Source: Candidatus Bathyarchaeota archaeon | GTDB taxonomy: Archaea > Thermoproteota > Bathyarchaeia > Bathyarchaeales > Bathycorpusculaceae | Assembly: GCA_963780185.1 (NCBI GenBank) | Contig: CAWABA010000011.1 | Span: 231,402-295,401 of the forward strand | Reading direction: 5' to 3' | Length of the DNA: 64,000 bases | In this document: piece after piece, positions 31,556 to 41,116 of the stretch | How positions within the stretch are numbered: the first letter of the stretch is position 1 | Layout of the letters: every line of letters begins with the position of its first letter | Made by a program: the position numbers and the translations under genes | The notes under the pieces: model-generated | Seen by the model: the letters and a program-made list of their open reading frames with translations, nothing else | Database searches by the model: none | Told to the model about the DNA's origin: nothing

Positions 31556-31664
31556 TGGTGCTCCGGCCGGGATTTGGACCCGGGTCCGCGACTCGAGAGG
31601 CCGCTATACTTAGTCCCTTAGTAAGAAATCTTAGTAAGGTTTGACCGGACTATACTACCGGAGC
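31556..31664 (-). tRNA. tRNA-Glu(CUC) with a 31-nt D-loop intron (31610-31640), CCA encoded
   Basis: GCTCCGG/CCGGAGC acceptor stem, GCGGC-CTCTCGA-GTCGC anticodon arm, CCGGG/CCCGG T-arm; BHB-like helix GGTC/GACT. Confidence 0.93.
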
Positions 31665-31746
31665 ATTCGAACGGAAAGGGTGTTCTCTAAGAAATAAATA
31701 TGTTTTTATGGCTTCGACCAGCAAACAACCCGGTTTTTCTGGAGCC

Positions 31747-32100
31747 CTATGTTTCCTCATCCACGTTTAGGAAACTTTTGATTTTTGTCATCATCTCAGC
31801 CAACCCTTTCGCTGTTATAGGCGGTTGATAACGTATTCGCAGGACTTCCCAGCCTTTGGCTTCTAGCAACTCATCAATTTGGCTGTCTTTATCCTGTTGT
31901 TTGTCGCTTGAATGTACAGGTATGCCGTCTAAGTAGACGATTTTGCGTTTGTTCATCCAGCAGAAGTCTGGGACAGTTGATTTGAGGATGATTGGTTGTT
32001 GGGTTACCATGCCCGTGGTTAACCCGGCTTTGCTCAGTTCGTTGAATAACGCCATTTCTGCCTGGCTGACTTTAGGATGCATATTCTCTCTGTAGCTCAC
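31747..32100 (-). CDS. small DUF559/Vsr-like PD-(D/E)xK endonuclease
   Basis: SQAE, VPDF, IVYLDGIPVH, D..L...GWEVLRI pattern. Confidence 0.75.
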   Translation of the reverse strand: MSYRENMHPKVSQAEMALFNELSKAGLTTGMVTQQPIILKSTVPDFCWMNKRKIVYLDGIPVHSSDKQQDKDSQIDELLEAKGWEVLRIRYQPPITAKGLAEMMTKIKSFLNVDEET

Positions 32101-32160
32101 GATGTTTCCCGAAAGGTAGCATTATATGTTACCCTTAATAAAGGGTATACAGTAAAACGG

Positions 32161-32335
32161 CTAGTCCTTGCGCCGTTGGCAACTAAAAGTAGGCTTGACG
32201 GATCGCTCTCATCGACCCAAGACGCGAATCAGAAGAAGCACCTGTTTGTCAGGGTTTGGCAATCCGCGCCTCGTTCAACCGTGACCCGCCAAGCAATGGG
32301 TGTACCTCTTGGATGGCTATTTCTCGCAAGATAAC
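32161..32335 (-). ncRNA. candidate rod-shaped structured RNA (about 170 nt)
   Basis: nested helices whose mismatches resolve as G-U only on the minus strand; TTTATA at 32355-32350 upstream; U-run just downstream. Confidence 0.6.
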
Positions 32336-32456
32336 AATCCCTTGCGCGGTATAAATGGACTTGTGGTTGTACAATTGCAACAACAGCATGCAAGCTTCGC
32401 TAACAAAACTTGTTTTTCAGGTTGCAAACCTTGGAGATCAACGTTTGCTTGCTTAA

Positions 32457-32669
32457 TTATGCAACTATCATTTGCTCTGTTTCTTCTAAAATAGCAGGCA
32501 AAAGTGTCACGTTGTCTTTCTTCGGTGCGGTTCGTTTTGCGAGCTCCGGCTTTTTCTGGTTACCTATCCAGTACATGCTCCAGCCCATGAAGAAAATGAA
32601 AATCAACGCTGGAAGAAGCAGAAGTGCCATTTTGTTGCTGCGTTTGCGATTGCGTTTTTTAAATGTCAA
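32457..32669 (-). CDS. small single-TM protein
   Basis: basic N-terminus, one TM, 70 aa. Confidence 0.55.
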   Translation of the reverse strand: MTFKKRNRKRSNKMALLLLPALIFIFFMGWSMYWIGNQKKPELAKRTAPKKDNVTLLPAILEETEQMIVA

Positions 32670-32890
32670 GTTCGCACCTGTTCACCATTTCTGCCGTTTG
32701 CAAGATAAGCTTTGATAACTTGAAATAATGATTCAAAATCAACAAGCAGAAAAAACAGTGAGACATTTTTTTGATGATAAGAAAAAAAGAGGTTAACTTT
32801 TGTTTGTTTAGGGTTTCAGGTAAGTTTGGGTGAGTGATTAGACGGGAAACGGAAAAGGAAGTGTTTAGGCTTCCTTAAGAGAAATTCGGT

Positions 32891-35314
32891 TTAGCTTTCG
32901 GGGTTTTTCTTAGCTTCAATCGATGGGTACTCTTTTAGTTTATCAGCCATTTCCGCGAGTTGTTTGTTTACGAGGTAGTTGATTGTTCCTTCTTCGAAGG
33001 TTCCGTCCGCGCGTTTTTCGCCGGCTTTTGTTCCTGTGAGAAATTCGATGCCTTCATCGATTGTTTTGGCTGAGTAAATGTTGAATTTGCCTGTTTTCAC
33101 GGCTTCAAGAACTTCTTCTTTAAGCATCAGGTTCTGTACGTTGCTTTCGGGTATCATGACGCCCTGCTGCCCTGTGAGTCCTTGGAGCTTGCAGACTTCG
33201 AAGAAGCCTTCGATTTTTTCGTTTACGCCGCCGATGGCTTGAACTTCCCCTTTCTGGTTAACGGAGCCTGTGACCGCTATGTTCTGCTTTATCGGTCGCC
33301 CAGAGAGCGCTGACAGAATACAGTACAGTTCGGTGCTGGATGCGCTGTCGCCTTCGACGCCTTCGTAGTTCTGCTCAAAAACCAATCTTGCCGAGAGGCT
33401 CAAAGGCTTGTCTCTGATGTACTTGTCGTTCAGGTAGCCGCTGAGGATTAGGACGCCTTTTGTGTGTATGGGTCCGCCCATTTTGGCTTCTCTTTCAATG
33501 TCGATGACTCCTTCTCTGCCAAGGCCTATGCTTGCCGTTACGCGTGACGGGTTTCCGAAGGCGAAGTCGCCTAGCCCCATGACAGATAAGCCGTTGATTT
33601 GCCCCACTTTTTCCTGAACCGTGTCTATTAGGAAGAATCCGCGTTGGATCATTTCCTGGATTTTTTCTTGGATAAGTTTTGAGCGGTAAACTTTTTCTTC
33701 TATCGCTTTCTTTATTTGGTCTCCCGTTATGAAGTCTGAGTTTTCTTGTGTGGCGTAGTAGTTGGCTTCCCGAATTATGTCAGCGACATGGGCGAATTGG
33801 GTTGACAGTTTGTATTGGTCCTCGGCTATTCTTGAGCTGTACTCGACTAGTTTTGCGACGCCTGTTCCGTCGAGGTGTTTGAGGTTTTCTTTTTCGCAAA
33901 GCGTGCATACCCAAGCGGCGTACTGCATCACTTTGTCTTCGGTTCTGTTCATCACCGTGTCGAATTCAGCTTTGATTTTGAACAGGTCCCTAAAGTCAGG
34001 ATCCAACTCAAACATCATCTGGTACAGGTAGGGTGTTCCAATGAGGATAACTTTAGCTGTCAGCGGGATAGGCTGCGGTTTGAGGGTTTTAACGCTGAGG
34101 AATCCGTAGCGTTCTTCGGGCTCCGCGATGGTCATGTTTCCGTCTCTTAGGTCTCTTTTGAGGCCATCGTAAGATAGCGGGTTTCGAAGCAGCTCTTCGA
34201 CCGGGATGATTAGGTATCCTCTGGTGGCTTTGTGGATTGAACCTGCACGGATCATGCTGAAGTCGGTGGTTAATGCGCCGAACTGCGCTTCTTTCTCTGT
34301 TTTGCCTAAAAGGTTGGGGTACGTCGGGTTGGTTTCCACAATTACGGGCGCGCCTTTGGTTTCGGAGTTGTCGATTACAACGTTTACCTCGTATTTCTTG
34401 TAGGGGTCTTCCCTCATCCAAGGCATCTGGAAGGGGAACTGCTCCTGCTGCTCGCCTGCGCCTCCTCCTCTTCTTATGAATTGCTGAAGGTTATCCAGCA
34501 TGTCGTTTTCTACGGCTTTGAGGTAGGTTGTCACTTCGGTGAGGCCGTGGTATTTCTCTGTTATGCGTTCCACTAGGTTGCCGATGGAGTAGAGGGCAAC
34601 TTCTTTGTTGAGTTTCTTTAAGGCATCGTGAATTTGCCTCTCCATATCGATAAGCTGCCGCATCGTGTTACGGAACTCAGTCTCCAGTAACTCCCTTTTC
34701 TCCTGCAGTTTATCCTTGGTTTTCTGGGGCAGCGCCAGCATTTCTTCTTCGCTCAGTGGTTTGCCGTCTAAGACTGGGATAAGCAGCAATCCAATTGGGG
34801 TGGTTTGGATGACGAAGCCTTCGCGTTGAGCTTTGACGTTTAACTCTTCAATTAGCTGTTTCCTCTTTTCTTCTAGCCCTCGGATGGTGGCTTCTCTTTT
34901 TGCCGCGTAATCTTCGCTTTCAAAGGCTTTGGGAAGCGCGGTTTTGATGTTTTCAATAAAGTTTTTCATGTCGTCTCGAAATTCTTTGCCGTTTCCCGCT
35001 GACAATCGGATGGCTTTGGGTTCGTATTGATTTTCAAAATTGTTGACGTAGCACCAGTCAGGGGGGACAGGCTGGGTTTTGGCTTGTGCTTCAACGAAGT
35101 TTTTCACGGTGGTTTTTCTGCCTGTTCCAGGGTAGCCTGCCACATATATGTTGAAGCCGTTGTCTTTTATTCCGAGTCCGAATTTTAAGGCGCGGACGGC
35201 TCGCTCTTGCCCGATGATTTCGTCCAGCGGGGCAAGTTGCTTTGTTGATTCACATCGCATAAGGTCAGGGGGACATATGTTTCTGAGTTTTTCAAGAGGT
35301 AACTTGTTTACCAT
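32891..35314 (-). CDS. soluble Lon-like (LonC-type) protease
   Basis: GYPGTGRKT Walker A-like, long coiled insert, EGDSASS / NEKIEG Ser-Lys dyad; no TM segment. Confidence 0.9.
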   Translation of the reverse strand: MVNKLPLEKLRNICPPDLMRCESTKQLAPLDEIIGQERAVRALKFGLGIKDNGFNIYVAGYPGTGRKTTVKNFVEAQAKTQPVPPDWCYVNNFENQYEPKAIRLSAGNGKEFRDDMKNFIENIKTALPKAFESEDYAAKREATIRGLEEKRKQLIEELNVKAQREGFVIQTTPIGLLLIPVLDGKPLSEEEMLALPQKTKDKLQEKRELLETEFRNTMRQLIDMERQIHDALKKLNKEVALYSIGNLVERITEKYHGLTEVTTYLKAVENDMLDNLQQFIRRGGGAGEQQEQFPFQMPWMREDPYKKYEVNVVIDNSETKGAPVIVETNPTYPNLLGKTEKEAQFGALTTDFSMIRAGSIHKATRGYLIIPVEELLRNPLSYDGLKRDLRDGNMTIAEPEERYGFLSVKTLKPQPIPLTAKVILIGTPYLYQMMFELDPDFRDLFKIKAEFDTVMNRTEDKVMQYAAWVCTLCEKENLKHLDGTGVAKLVEYSSRIAEDQYKLSTQFAHVADIIREANYYATQENSDFITGDQIKKAIEEKVYRSKLIQEKIQEMIQRGFFLIDTVQEKVGQINGLSVMGLGDFAFGNPSRVTASIGLGREGVIDIEREAKMGGPIHTKGVLILSGYLNDKYIRDKPLSLSARLVFEQNYEGVEGDSASSTELYCILSALSGRPIKQNIAVTGSVNQKGEVQAIGGVNEKIEGFFEVCKLQGLTGQQGVMIPESNVQNLMLKEEVLEAVKTGKFNIYSAKTIDEGIEFLTGTKAGEKRADGTFEEGTINYLVNKQLAEMADKLKEYPSIEAKKNPES

Positions 35315-35479
35315 GTCAAAGTCACTTCGTTAAACAGACAAAATCAGTTGCAGTTTTAATGAGGTCTAGTCGGTAATTAAGTTTCTGCTGTTCGACAACT
35401 CCGCGTCTTAGCGCTTGATTGACAAGAATTAAATAGGCTCGCTCGCTAACAACTGGATAACTAAAAAGCAAGTTTAAGT

Positions 35480-36418
35480 GTGGCGCAAAAAGAAATGTTT
35501 AGCAAAATTAAAGCTGCTTCTCCAGACACAGTCACCCCAGCGGAACCAGCACCGAACCCGCAGGGTCCAAAACGGTTTAGCAAAAAACATTTAGTCATGA
35601 TTGCGGCGGTCGCTATCATCGTGGTAGTTGCGGTAGCTTTGTTGATTCCTCAGGGCGCAGCTTCGATTCCGTTGACCGTGAATTATGCAGTCGGTGAAAA
35701 AATGGTTTATGATACTTCGATATCTGTGGGCTTAAACTTTGGGAATTCCTCTTCGGTTCTGTCGGGGCTTTTGGGCAGCAACAATAACAACAGTAACCTA
35801 ACGTCAACTGGACAGGAAATTCTTCAGGTACTCAGCTACAACGACCCATATTACACCATCAACCAAACCATAAGTATGAATTTACCTGGTTACAGCAACA
35901 GTCCCTTAAGCGTCTCCAACGTGGAAACGATGGATAACACGGGTTGCACAACGTTTCTTGCGAATTTCGGTGGCGGCTCAGATGCAAGCAACCCAGCAAG
36001 CGAATACTACCTTGCCCAGCTTCTGGATAAATCAGAGGTGAAAGTCGGCGACAGCTTAACCGTACCGTACCCCGCAATGTCCAGCAACCTATCATCCCTG
36101 TTCCAGATTTCAGGCAGCTTAACATTGACGTTCAAAGGCTTCCAAGACCTCACCGTGCCAGCGGGAACCTTCAAAGTGTTCAGAGTGGACATCTCAAGCA
36201 ACGACCTCACTATGACTATGAATTCGCCTTCGCTGCAGTCTATAGGTAGCAGCATCGGTATTACAGCGAACTTGAACTTCCAATTATACTACGAATACGG
36301 AACCATGCGGCTAATTCAATCCACAATGGCAGAAAAAGCCCAGTTGCAGTCATCAATCTTGAACTACAGCATCGGATACAACCTCGGCATGACCCTCAAC
36401 CAAGACATCAAACCCTAA
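35480..36418 (+). CDS. membrane-anchored secreted protein
   Basis: N-terminal TM, Ser/Asn-rich beta domain, TVPAGTF motif. Confidence 0.75.
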   Translation: MAQKEMFSKIKAASPDTVTPAEPAPNPQGPKRFSKKHLVMIAAVAIIVVVAVALLIPQGAASIPLTVNYAVGEKMVYDTSISVGLNFGNSSSVLSGLLGSNNNNSNLTSTGQEILQVLSYNDPYYTINQTISMNLPGYSNSPLSVSNVETMDNTGCTTFLANFGGGSDASNPASEYYLAQLLDKSEVKVGDSLTVPYPAMSSNLSSLFQISGSLTLTFKGFQDLTVPAGTFKVFRVDISSNDLTMTMNSPSLQSIGSSIGITANLNFQLYYEYGTMRLIQSTMAEKAQLQSSILNYSIGYNLGMTLNQDIKP

Positions 36419-36454
36419 AACCATCGCGAACCAAATCCGCCCTCTTTTTCTTTT

Positions 36455-37006
36455 TTAGACCCCTGCGGCTCGAACGAAGTTTCTGAGGATTTCTTGGTTT
36501 CTAACTTCAGGGTGAAACAGGGTTCCGTAGATGTTTTTGCTCTTGTGCTTTATCACTTGAACGCACAGTGGGGATTTTGCCCAGACTTCAAAATCAGCCG
36601 TCGGTTCTACACAGACGCTGTGAAGTGAATAGGCTTTGAAGTCGCCTAAGAAAAGTGGGTTCACCTGCCGAGTGTTTACGTTCGTCATCCCTATCTCCAA
36701 ACAACTCTTCAAAGCCATACCGTAAACCACCCCGATAGTCTCCATACCTGCACAAATCCCGAGCACGGGGGTGTCTGTTTTTTTGAGCCACTGGAATTTT
36801 TCTGGTTGGTCTAAGGTGGCGGTGTCTTTGAGCGGTGTTCCCGAAAGGACAACGGCGTTGTATCGGTCAAGGTCTTCGCTGGTTACTTCAAGATAATGCT
36901 TCACCGTCCATACGTCGAGGGATTTGACGACTTCGATTATAGGCAACACAAACTCGCAGTAGCCAAGCGAATCCTTCCTACAGTTCATGTCAACAATCAA
37001 AATCAT
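36455..37006 (-). CDS. class I glutamine amidotransferase (stand-alone)
   Basis: VLSGTP, PVLGICAG (catalytic Cys), FHPE (His-Glu). Confidence 0.88.
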   Translation of the reverse strand: MILIVDMNCRKDSLGYCEFVLPIIEVVKSLDVWTVKHYLEVTSEDLDRYNAVVLSGTPLKDTATLDQPEKFQWLKKTDTPVLGICAGMETIGVVYGMALKSCLEIGMTNVNTRQVNPLFLGDFKAYSLHSVCVEPTADFEVWAKSPLCVQVIKHKSKNIYGTLFHPEVRNQEILRNFVRAAGV

Positions 37007-37683
37007 TTTTCCGCCAGCCGAGCCTTGTTAATCGTGAATACCCAAGAATTTCCCTTGCCGTCAACGGCGAAATCAAGAATTTCTATTCTCTTTTTGAATT
37101 CGGGCGCATCTAAAACTGTGGTTTCAATTTCGCCGCCTTCCCCAGAAGGGCTTATGCCGTATTTCTGCTGGAGTTCGACTAGCCTGCTAATCATTGGGGC
37201 ATCGATTTGTTTCCCGAGCCATTTTTCGTCAAGGGGATAAGCGAAAACTCCCGAAATAATCGTTTTGAAGCGTTTTTCAATAAGCTCCTCTAAGAGGGCT
37301 TTTTGGTCATGTTTCCACAGCGGGTTAAAACACCAAAGACCCTGCTTGTTGCAGATGCGCTGGACGCGTTCGGCTTGATAGACCGATTCTACTGCGCCTG
37401 TCACGACGCCTTGAATCTGAAATTTGTTTGCTGCCTCGGCGATGGCTTCTTCGAGGTCTAAGAGCTCCTTTTCTTTTTCGCCCCGAGTTATCTTCGCGAC
37501 TTGCGGTAGCGATAGGGCTTCGGCTTGGAGGGCTGTGATGTCGATGTTTGGCGTGTGGAACATGTAGCTCTCTTTGTTCTCAGACAGCAACGTGATGAGG
37601 CAAGCCACTTCCTCCTTCTCTCGGGCATAGTGAAGGGCAAGCGTGGAATCTTTGCCGCCTGAAAACAAAACTCCCAGTCGCAT
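37003..37683 (-). CDS. dph6: diphthine--ammonia ligase (PP-loop ATPase)
   Basis: LFSGGKDS, ESYMFH, GAVESVYQ, PLW, GEGGEIET. Confidence 0.9.
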   Translation of the reverse strand: MRLGVLFSGGKDSTLALHYAREKEEVACLITLLSENKESYMFHTPNIDITALQAEALSLPQVAKITRGEKEKELLDLEEAIAEAANKFQIQGVVTGAVESVYQAERVQRICNKQGLWCFNPLWKHDQKALLEELIEKRFKTIISGVFAYPLDEKWLGKQIDAPMISRLVELQQKYGISPSGEGGEIETTVLDAPEFKKRIEILDFAVDGKGNSWVFTINKARLAEK

Positions 37684-37735
37684 GGCTACCTTAAAAAAGA
37701 AAACGGGTTAATATGGCTGTTTGAAACCTTTTCGA

Positions 37736-38932
37736 TTAGACTTTTACGTTGCAGATGTTCGGGATATCCTTGAGTTTCTTGATGATGTCTGCGTTGACTT
37801 TTTTGTGGAGTACGTATACTGAGATGGCGAAGCCGCTGTTTCCTATTTGCCTCGAATAGTTGGCTCTTATGTTTATGTCGCTTTCAGCCAAAACCTTGTC
37901 GATGTTGGCGAAGACCCCTGGCACGTCTCGGTGATGAATGAACAGGGTGTAAACTGGTTTTTCCTCAAGTTCAATGCTTTCACCCGCGTTTACAGCGTTT
38001 AGGAAGTCGCCGCCCAGCAGGAAACCTGAAACCACGCGGGCTATCTCCGTTGACGTTTCCCTTTGAGCTTCAACAGTTGACGCTCCAAGATGACTGCTTA
38101 AAACCACGTTATCCAGCTCTTTGAGCTTGGTTTTGAATTCGGCGCCTTCAGCTTTGGGTTCATCAATGAAGACGTCGAGGGCGGCGCCAGCGATTTTCCC
38201 CTCTTTTAACGCCTTGTACAGGGCCTGCTCGTCGATGTTGCTGCCTCTAGAAGTGTTAACCAAGTAAGCCGTCGGCTTCATCATGCCGAGTTCTCTCTCG
38301 CCGATGACCGTTTCTTTTCCGCCTGGAGTGTGAACGCTGACGTAGTCGGCTTTTGCAAGAACCTCGTCTTTTGTCATGAATTTTATGCCTGACTCGTAGC
38401 ATGGCTTAATGTCGAAGCCGATGACTTCCATGTCAAAGCCACGATGCGCAATAGCCGCGAGCTTTTGCCCGATTCTTCCGCAGCCCAAAATGCCCAAAGT
38501 TTTGTACGAAAGCTCATTGCCTTTCAGCTTGGCTTTTTCCCACTTGCCGCTTTTCAGTGATTGGTGGGCTTGGGGCGTTTTTCTTGAGATGGCAAGCATT
38601 AAGCCGATGGTTAACTCTGCTACTGCGTTGGTGCTGCCGTAGGGCGCGGATTTTACAACGATTCCGTTTTCGGAGGCTGCTGCCACATCTATGTTGTCGT
38701 AGCCTACTCCTGCCCTTCCGATAATTTTGAGTTTGCCTCTTGCGCCAGCTTCCACGACTTCCCTTGTAACTTTGGTGGCGCTTCTCACGATTAAGGCGTC
38801 AAAACTGCCGATGTCGGCGACAAGCCTCTCCCCATCTCGTTTCTGAGTATCAGTTTCTATGCCTGCGTTTTGAAGCAGCTGCAAGCCTTCTTTTTCTAAA
38901 CCATCGTTCAATAACACTTTCATTTTAGCCAA
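37736..38932 (-). CDS. serA: D-3-phosphoglycerate dehydrogenase with ACT domain
   Basis: VRSATKV, GRAGVGYDNID, GCGRIG, HLGASTVEAQ, C-terminal HRDVPG ACT. Confidence 0.88.
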   Translation of the reverse strand: MAKMKVLLNDGLEKEGLQLLQNAGIETDTQKRDGERLVADIGSFDALIVRSATKVTREVVEAGARGKLKIIGRAGVGYDNIDVAAASENGIVVKSAPYGSTNAVAELTIGLMLAISRKTPQAHQSLKSGKWEKAKLKGNELSYKTLGILGCGRIGQKLAAIAHRGFDMEVIGFDIKPCYESGIKFMTKDEVLAKADYVSVHTPGGKETVIGERELGMMKPTAYLVNTSRGSNIDEQALYKALKEGKIAGAALDVFIDEPKAEGAEFKTKLKELDNVVLSSHLGASTVEAQRETSTEIARVVSGFLLGGDFLNAVNAGESIELEEKPVYTLFIHHRDVPGVFANIDKVLAESDINIRANYSRQIGNSGFAISVYVLHKKVNADIIKKLKDIPNICNVKV

Positions 38933-39029
38933 CTCCCCCTATGCTTAGCAAGTTGGTGATTTAAGCTGATTGGCAACCAACAATATTAAATATTCTCAAT
39001 AGGAAACGGTTTTGTCTTCGTCCTCTACT

Positions 39030-39314
39030 CTAAGCCTTCTTCTTGAGGGCGGCTACTTGCTGCTTGCTCATCCGTGTCATTGCAATATTGAACGTTGATT
39101 TTTCATGGCAGTAGGGACAGCGTAGCCGACGCGTATTTCCGCGGTACAGCGAGATGAAGCTGGCTCCGGGAACCCAATGATAATTGAACTGTTTTTTGCA
39201 TTCTGGGCACGTTAGCCTTGAAACGGCATGTGGACCGTACCTTGGAAGCAGCATGAAAACTGCTATGAAAACAACGGCGGTAACTACGATGTAGATTATG
39301 AGAAGATCTGCCAA
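39030..39314 (-). CDS. membrane-anchored zinc-ribbon protein
   Basis: N-terminal TM, CPEC...CPYC. Confidence 0.7.
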   Translation of the reverse strand: MADLLIIYIVVTAVVFIAVFMLLPRYGPHAVSRLTCPECKKQFNYHWVPGASFISLYRGNTRRLRCPYCHEKSTFNIAMTRMSKQQVAALKKKA

Positions 39315-39424
39315 GGCTCTTCAGTCTTCAAAAGGCGGTCGATTTGCTTATTAATATTTAGCATTGCTTTTCCGCTTTTGCATTTGAATTTGCACGGTTT
39401 CGTATTCTTGAAAAGAAAAGGAGG

Positions 39425-40762
39425 CTAAGGCTTTTTGATGTAGCTTAAGGCTTCTTCGATGTTTTGGAAGCCGTATTTTATTCCGCTGAATTCTTTCCTC
39501 AGAGACTGCACGTCTTGCTTAACCTGCGCTGGTGTCCGTTTGCCCTTTATGACATCGATTATGAGGTCGCATAGGTGTTTGATGTCGCCTTCTCCGAAGC
39601 CCCTTCGGGTAACGTCTTGGAAGCCGATTCTTAACCCTGAAGGATCCTCCTTGCTACTCTGGTTATCGTAAGGCAAGAGATTTTTGTTGAGGATAATGTT
39701 TGCGTCTTCGAGGTCCTGAGCAATCTTGTTGCCGCCGCCGAAACTGCGGATGTCAACTGCGATTTGATGAGACTTAGTGAAGCCTTTTTTCTCAGCGAGA
39801 ACTTTGACGCCGTTCTCAAACAGGTATTGCCCAGCGGTCTGAGCGTTTTTCACTATCTGCTTTGCAAAATCTGCGCCGAAAAGCTTCATCTCTAAAGATG
39901 CAACACCGAGAGCAGGTAGCCTGCCCAGATGCGTGTTTGAAGCTGTAAGCGGGAAAATGGCGAACTGGATCTTTTTGACGGCTTTTTCCAAGGCGGGGTT
40001 GTTTTGGTTTCCCATTATGACGCCGCCTTGTGGGCCTGGGAAGGTTTTGTGCGTTGAAGAAGTGATAAAGTCTGCTCCTTCCCGTAATGGGTCTTGGAAT
40101 TGGCCGCCAGCTATTAAGCCCAGTACGTGTGATGCGTCGTAGGCTACGTATGCGCCGACTTCGTCGCAGACGGCTTTTAGCTCTTTAAGTGGGTGAGGAA
40201 ACAGGAAGAGGCTGCCGCCGAATGTGACTATTCCTGGTTTTGCGGCTCGTATGACGTAGGCTGATTTTTCTGCGTCAATGTTGAATTCGTCGGTGTTGTA
40301 AACATGATTGATGTTGTCTAAGCCCAGTATGTTGCCTGCTAAACCCGTGTAGTCATGTGAAATGTGGGCACCGCAGCTCAGCGGCGTGACAACCATCTTG
40401 TTGTTTTTTGAAGCTAAAGACAAGCCTTTGAAAGTTGCCAAGTTCGCGTGGGTACCGGAAACCAAGCGTACATCTGCCCAGTCGGCTTTAAAGAGGCTCT
40501 TCATAAGGTCAGTCGCGTAATCCTCAATTTGGGACATGTACTTCTGTCCCTGATAGTAACGCTTCTTGACATGGCCGTCTCTGTCGTTGTCTCCTTCAGC
40601 GTACCTTTGTGCCAAATCATGCGAAAAGCACAACATCTGGTTAACCGCGGGAGACTTCAGCCCTTCGCTGGCAATCATGTTTATGCATTCTTTTTCGCGG
40701 TACTGCTCGTGTTTGCGGCTTGCCGAAATCAAGTTTTCGAATAGGTCCGAGAAGTTATCCAT
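39425..40762 (-). CDS. glyA: serine hydroxymethyltransferase
   Basis: NMIASE, RYAEG, YDASH, SSTHKTFPGPQGG, PSGLRIG. Confidence 0.95.
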   Translation of the reverse strand: MDNFSDLFENLISASRKHEQYREKECINMIASEGLKSPAVNQMLCFSHDLAQRYAEGDNDRDGHVKKRYYQGQKYMSQIEDYATDLMKSLFKADWADVRLVSGTHANLATFKGLSLASKNNKMVVTPLSCGAHISHDYTGLAGNILGLDNINHVYNTDEFNIDAEKSAYVIRAAKPGIVTFGGSLFLFPHPLKELKAVCDEVGAYVAYDASHVLGLIAGGQFQDPLREGADFITSSTHKTFPGPQGGVIMGNQNNPALEKAVKKIQFAIFPLTASNTHLGRLPALGVASLEMKLFGADFAKQIVKNAQTAGQYLFENGVKVLAEKKGFTKSHQIAVDIRSFGGGNKIAQDLEDANIILNKNLLPYDNQSSKEDPSGLRIGFQDVTRRGFGEGDIKHLCDLIIDVIKGKRTPAQVKQDVQSLRKEFSGIKYGFQNIEEALSYIKKP

Positions 40763-41116
40763 TTTATGTTCTTCCCACGCGTGAATAATCAACGGAATTG
40801 CTCTTTGCACTATTTAGCCGTTACTAGAAGCAGCGGGGGATTCTAATCTAACCCGCTGAAGCCTCAGCCCCGCATAGAAGAAGCATCATGCCGACTGTAG
40901 GATGCATGAACGCAAAAAGAACACTATGTTCTAAAAAGTAGCCTTAAGTAGCGCCGAGCACTCGGTTGCATCTCCGTCGCTAAAAGCAATCTGCGATGAC
41001 CACGAAAACACGTAAGAGCAAAGCTGGTGGTTTGGAGTCAATTTGGAAAAAACCATTTAACGGTTGGAACCAATGCCTGAAGACAGAGCGATGAGTAGCC
41101 ACGGAAGCTGATTAAG

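Noticed and set aside
31500-32700. Integrated element at tRNA-Glu
   Set aside because: No integrase and no duplicated tRNA 3' end seen
40810-41040. ZTP/THF/glycine riboswitch ahead of glyA
   Set aside because: Consensus nucleotides not found on the sense strand
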